Of a stretch of DNA of 64,000 nt, positions 61,101 to 64,000 are shown piece after piece. A program made the translations under genes and the position numbers. The DNA is taken from the NCBI RefSeq assembly GCF_002571385.2, contig NW_019217915.1:228840-292839 (forward strand). The letters run 5' to 3'. This DNA is from Stylophora pistillata (taxonomy: Eukaryota). Every line of letters starts with the position of its first letter. Positions within the stretch are counted from its first letter, which is position 1. The notes beneath the pieces were generated by a model, which worked only from the letters and a program-made list of their open reading frames with translations, had not been told where the DNA came from and did not search any database.

Positions 61101-62097
61101 TAAATCACCAACAACAAATACTATACCAACCTCCATGAATAAATCGTCTCTTACCGATGATCTCTTGTATCGAACTCATCAGCAGCTTTTTATGTTGCCA
61201 CACAAGGAGAAAACACACCTACTCGATATGATAGATTAAAGAGGTTCATAAACTAAAACCGTCCGCCGGAAAGTCTTTATCTTGTATCTCGATTTACTTA
61301 TTTGTTCATCAATCTATTCAGTATAGCTTTTACTACGTGGTAAATAACACTAACAACACGAACAGCTCACGTTTTCACTAATAACGGGGAAAAAACATGT
61401 GGAGAGGATCCACACCTCTTAACCAGCGATATCTTTGTATTTTGGGCCATCAAAAGCTGCTATCATGGCTATTAAAATAAGCCAGGGAATAATAACAACA
61501 TTCAAAATGGTTCGCACAATTACCCAAACCGATAAGAGAAAAAGGGCGGATCCTCTCTTGCACCGAATGTAGAGGCAGAAATTGAAAATTCTTTGGAGTT
61601 ACATCACCTTAAGTAGAAAAAGAAGAATTGAAAATAAAATTCTATGAAATTTCCGAATGTGATTTGAATTTTATCCCTTGATGCTGAGATCTCTCACCCC
61701 AGAACTCTCGCGCCACTCGCTCCACACCTTACACGTGTACATGTTTTCAGAATGGCCGCCCTCAAACAAACGCACTTCTTGCTAAGTAAGTCAATTCTTC
61801 CTCAAATGGAAGAAAAGGTTAAGATAAATGGATTGCAACATCTAAAGTTGAAACTAAAGGAAGAGAAGATCTGCCAGTTAGAAATGACATATCTTACGTT
61901 ATTATAACAATACCAAGAAGTTTGCCCTATTAGCCTACATTGCTTTAATACTATGAGAGTTGACAATGTTTTGTTCATATAAATCTGTTCTCTCCCCAGC
62001 CAGACCTGTGGGTACATGCATCTTAGTTGTCGGTCCTTGTCTGAGCGACAGAATGGTGTAATACTACTAAACTTGGGGTACTACAGGTTTTATTGTG

Positions 62098-62161
62098 CAG
62101 CCTCGTTCCCAGGGGTTTTTCCCTTAGTCAGCTAAGGGAAAAGGCCCTGGGAACGAGGTTG
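62098..62161. mobile_element. 64-bp palindromic mini-MITE
   Basis: CAGCCTCGTTCCCAGGG...CCCTGGGAACGAGGTTG. Confidence 0.8.
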
Positions 62162-62828
62162 TTTCCTGTGGTGAAATATTTCTTAAACAAAGTCTGATAC
62201 TCCCAGGTCTTATTGAAACATTTTTGGATCTGCCCCATCGGTTGGCCATGTCAGTTGTTAACTAACTATTCAGATAACAAAATTCCTATTTTTGTTTTAT
62301 TTTTGCGTTATTGTCAGTCACCTGCCGCAACAAGTTTAGCAAGTGTTGAAATATTTTGAAATGTGGCCTTTGGACCGTTTCAGCTGGGAGGGGGACAGCG
62401 TTGTTATTATAGCCAGGACGTGATCTACGATTGATGGTTGTTTCTGGTTGATTAAAATTCTAAATGTGATGCACAGATGAATAATCATAAGTTACCTCTG
62501 ACCATTAAAAAGAAGAAAATGATGTTGGATGAATATCCTAAGGCTGGTAAACAAACCCTCCAGGGCTCAAAGAATTATATATATATAAATACAGTAGACA
62601 TAGCATGGTGGATGATGAATATTAGGTAATGTGAAGTTCACTACTACTACTACTACTACTACTGACGCGACAGATTGTCGACTAGTATATACAACGCGTC
62701 TAAAATAGAGCTTTTCGTGTGCGCTGATTGGCGAACGCTCCAGGTTTTAAAAAAAACTTAATCTTCGTAGACAAAGGATGGTGGACATAGTGATGTGCGG
62801 TTGACAGATGCATCTTATGGCTTATGTT

Positions 62829-63540
62829 TTACTGATTCGTTGAGGTTGGGGTTTCCTGGCCATGGACGGTTATGGTCATCTCTTGTTTCATTCTCTGTAT
62901 CTCCATTGCAATTGAATTTTTGAGTCTCTCTTCCAAATTGTTTACATATTGCAACATGTCGGCCACGTTCCTGTTCTGGGGATTCTCAGATATGTCATTA
63001 CGGTGTGGAAAATCTACAAATATATGTAAACTTCAAATATTTTTGCCGCTCACAAATCTATGTAAATCAGACATAAATGATCCCGGGCTTGAATGAGCTG
63101 TAAAAGTAGTTACATCATAATCACAGTACTTTCAAAGAAAAAAACAATCTAGGATCAAGAATCAGGCAGATTGAAAAGGAACTTGGACATATTGATATTA
63201 AATAATTCAAGAGTCACAAAACGTGGACTTTTACATTTTTGTTCTTTGCCACTAACGTGTAAGCAAGTTTCAAAAATTATCTTTTATCTCGTCATTAAAA
63301 TTTGCACCCATTTGCTCATGGACATGTTAGACATGCCTATTGTATGACGTTGGCTTGCTGCAGAACGTCAAAATGCTCAATCTCGCAAGATGTGGTAAGC
63401 TAATATCTAAAGAAGGAGCTTTTTCCTCTGGTTAGGAAAAAAATACTGTATCAGTATCAGCCTCTATAGATCATCATCATACCTTCTGTTGTTGCGTTCA
63501 CCCTTCCCTGATTACACTTGGTGAAGACTTGACATAGGAT
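62829..63540 (-). CDS. Last two coding exons of an unidentified gene (coiled-coil-like C-terminus)
   Basis: 63483-63540 (ILCQVFTKCNQGRVNATTE, phase-1 GTATGA donor) joins 62829-63013 (TTTGTAG acceptor; DFPHRNDISENPQNRNVADMLQYVNNLEERLKNSIAMEIQRMKQEM...NQ*) in phase. Confidence 0.55.
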
Positions 63541-64000
63541 ACTTATTTTCGGGACCTTATTCAGAAAAACAGTGGCAACTTTGCTGAACTTTGGAAAACA
63601 CTTAACGAAGTCACATCTCGCAAAAATTTTTCTCCTTTATCGTGTATTGAATCTGAAGGAGTTGTTACCTCTGACCCCAAAACGATTTCTGAGATTTTAA
63701 ACGACCACTTCTCTACTGTTGGCTCAAAGCTCGCGACCAAATTTTTTCTCGGCATAAAATCCTTTCTTCATCGCTCTTCAAATGTCAATAACAATATAAA
63801 CAAGTTTAAACTTAACCCTTTTGATGTGCAGTTTACTTTAAAGCAGCTATCCCTACTGAAAACTAACAAGGCTATTGGCTTGGATCGAATAAGTGCTCCC
63901 TTACTCAAAGACTCCGTCCCCGTCATATCTGATAGCTTAACTCTTCTATTCAATCGTTCTTTGGACTCTGGCAATTTCCCTTCGATATGGAAGTGCAGTA
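63541..64000 (+). mobile_element. 5'-truncated LINE (CR1/L2 group) ORF2, linker to RT start; runs off the window
   Basis: Stop-free frame YFRDLIQKNSGNFAELWKTLN...ILNDHFSTVG...LKTNKAIGLDRISAPLLK...LTLLFNRSLDSGNFPSIWK. Confidence 0.92.

Overview
AT-rich, intron-rich animal DNA. The gene set and repeat families point to a cnidarian, probably a scleractinian coral (inference). Spliced genes reconstructed by hand: an SVOP-like MFS transporter on the minus strand (<1-8098) that looks decayed (in-frame TGA, one missing exon, partial exon duplication); C11orf54/DUF1907 (minus, 9 exons) head-to-head with PGAM5 (plus, 4 exons); an 18-exon TMC7-like channel (21739-36746); an orphan two-exon secreted protein; an intronless class A GPCR lacking Asp3.32; a two-exon single-domain Kunitz peptide; and the last exons of an unidentified minus-strand gene abutting a LINE at the right edge. 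Introns hold many non-autonomous elements: Penelope-type repeats carrying minimal hammerhead-ribozyme motifs (one in a palindromic, TSD-flanked insertion), two THAP-bearing fold-back DNA transposon derivatives, hAT-type MITEs, tRNA-derived SINEs and an isolated GON4L-like exon. About 48-61 kb has no gene I can support. No CRISPR, rRNA or true tRNA was found. No clearly new multi-gene system is evident. The best leads are the hammerhead palindrome, the THAP-in-TIR element, the GON4L-like exon and the orphan secreted protein. All family assignments come from recalled motifs, not database searches.
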